The position numbers and the translations under genes are program-made. DNA of 64,000 bases, from positions 6,231 through 70,230 of the forward strand of contig CAWBFZ010000011.1 of NCBI GenBank assembly GCA_963788175.1. Direction: 5' to 3'. Shown here in pieces: positions 62,934-64,000 of the stretch; the stretch's first letter is position 1, and each line of letters opens with the position of its first letter. The stretch is from Thermoanaerobaculia bacterium. GTDB lineage: Bacteria > Acidobacteriota > Thermoanaerobaculia > Multivoradales > JAGPDF01. The notes beneath the pieces are model-generated. The model saw nothing but the letters and a program-made list of their open reading frames with translations, ran no database searches and had not been told where the DNA came from.

Positions 62934-64000
62934 CTACGAACCGCCGACCGCGACGCTCCACCGAGCGGGCGTGCCGCTCTCGAAGCCGTCCCAGAAGATC
63001 GTGATTGCGGTGGAGAAACAGTAGATCGGACGGTTGGTCGAGCAGAGAGCGCCGCCCGTCGAAGTCCAGGCTCCGGTGGTGAGGTTCGTCGTTCCGATCG
63101 CCGCGGTGCTTGCGGCGCTCGTCCAGTCCGAACAGGAACCGTTCGACGGTTCGAGCGTGCCGTTCGCGGAGGTACCGGTGTACACCAGGTTGTTGCTGTG
63201 CTGATTTCCCAGTTCATCGATAGAGGGGGAGGTTTCGAGGAGGTCGTCCAGCAGGCCAGCGAAGTTCGCCGCCAGGGCGAAGCCGTCGATGCGCCGGTAA
63301 GGCGCGTCGGGAGGGGCGACTCCGCCATCGCAGTTGCTCGAGACCAGGCCGGAGAGGCCGCGCGCATGACAGGCCGCATCGTGGGCGGCATCGGAAAGCC
63401 AGGCGTGGAAGCTCTCGGGGGCAGGGATGCGGGCGGCCGCCGCGCGGGCCTGGCAGATCGCATCGCCGGCGTCGATCCCGCTCGCTCCGCCCGCGTCGGG
63501 CCAGCTCGAGAGGTCGCCGGTTCCAGCCACGCTCGAGATGAAGGCGAGGTGTCCGGGGGCGCTCGGCTTGGCGACCGCGATGCCGACGCCGACCTCGAAG
63601 CAGGCGAGCCGCTGCAGCGTCGAGCAGGGGCTGAGCGAACCGGACGATCCCCAGGTTACGGTAGCGCGTGAGCTGCCCGGCTGATCCTGGCCAGCGGTCG
63701 TCGTCCATTGAGTGCAATTGGCGGTGCTGCTCGTGCCTGCGGCAAAGGTCCCAGTCATGAACAGGGTCGCGGTGAGGACCTCGGATGCGGTCTCGTCGAT
63801 GACCGCGGGCACGTAGACGAAGAGTGCCGGGCCGGCGAGCTGGGTGAGGCTGTCGGCGAACAGGAGACCGTCGGTGCGCACCCAGGGACCCACCGCGATC
63901 TGCGTGCCGCCCCCGCAGGGAGAGGCCCCGGTTTTCTGCCCGGAGAGACCCTGGATGTTGCACCAGGCGTCGTTGGCCGCATCGGAGATCCAGGCCCGGA
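62934..64000 (-). CDS. secreted DUF1554-like (C-type-lectin/endostatin-like) tandem-domain protein; 5' end outside window
   Basis: ORF 62934..63893, with its frame open to nt 64000. Two repeats of the pattern AGDAIC...AWLSD...PY(R/V)R(I/T)DG...L...C..W......C....(I/L)(Y/A)CF. C-terminal IFWDGFESGTPARWS motif. Confidence 0.55.
   Translation of the reverse strand, partial: RAWISDAANDAWCNIQGLSGQKTGASPCGGGTQIAVGPWVRTDGLLFADSLTQLAGPALFVYVPAVIDETASEVLTATLFMTGTFAAGTSSTANCTQWTTTAGQDQPGSSRATVTWGSSGSLSPCSTLQRLACFEVGVGIAVAKPSAPGHLAFISSVAGTGDLSSWPDAGGASGIDAGDAICQARAAAARIPAPESFHAWLSDAAHDAACHARGLSGLVSSNCDGGVAPPDAPYRRIDGFALAANFAGLLDDLLETSPSIDELGNQHSNNLVYTGTSANGTLEPSNGSCSDWTSAASTAAIGTTNLTTGAWTSTGGALCSTNRPIYCFSTAITIFWDGFESGTPARWSVAVGGS

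Overview
High-GC (about 70% by eye, not computed) bacterial chromosomal segment with about 55 protein genes and 2 tRNAs. I saw no rRNA, CRISPR array, transposase or integrase. Gene content (futalosine mqnA, BNR/sortilin-like protein, DUF1554-like protein, many secreted peptidases) suggests an Acidobacteriota- or Myxococcota-like organism, but that is inference only.

Layout:
- 1-6.7 kb: aryl-CoA module (FAD/OYE aryl-CoA hydroxylase, hotdog thioesterase, EamA transporter, large GNAT-like unknown protein, benzoate-CoA-ligase-family enzyme).
- 6.7-8.9 kb: ppa, then a secreted cupin-DinB gene bracketed by two copies of an ~80-nt palindromic element.
- 8.9-13.3 kb: minus-strand operon of three crotonases, a thiolase and a C26 amidotransferase.
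- 13.5-23.9 kb: housekeeping block (conserved hypothetical, thiS-like, tRNA-Lys, tRNA-Leu, tig-clpP-clpX-lon, engB, rho, mqnA).
- 23.9-34.7 kb: envelope/glycan locus (radical SAM/SPASM enzyme overlapping a Wzt-type ABC ATPase; divergently a lipoprotein, a C25 gingipain-like peptidase and a GT-C-like membrane protein; convergently a methyltransferase-like/GT2/GT4 operon).
- 34.8-48.3 kb: aldehyde dehydrogenase, BNR/sortilin-like protein, omega-aminotransferase plus mmsA, M35 peptidase, AlkP-TPR lipoprotein, hemerythrin, membrane MutS-domain-V ATPase.
- 48.3-58.6 kb: APH-like kinase plus ACAD10/11-like dehydrogenase, ald, 4-hydroxybutyrate-type CoA-transferase, aminotransferase, ctaA, tal-pgi.
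- 58.7-62.8 kb: visibly lower-GC island with four type II toxin-antitoxin pairs and Mrr.
- 62.9-64.0 kb: DUF1554-like secreted protein running off the window.

Major caveat: many genes, including essential ones (tig, lon, engB, ctaA, pgi), are readable only by switching frame at single-nucleotide positions. The assembly probably carries indel errors. Coordinates of such genes are reconstructed outer boundaries, and most very long Arg/Pro/Ala-rich ORFs in the six-frame track are GC-driven shadows.
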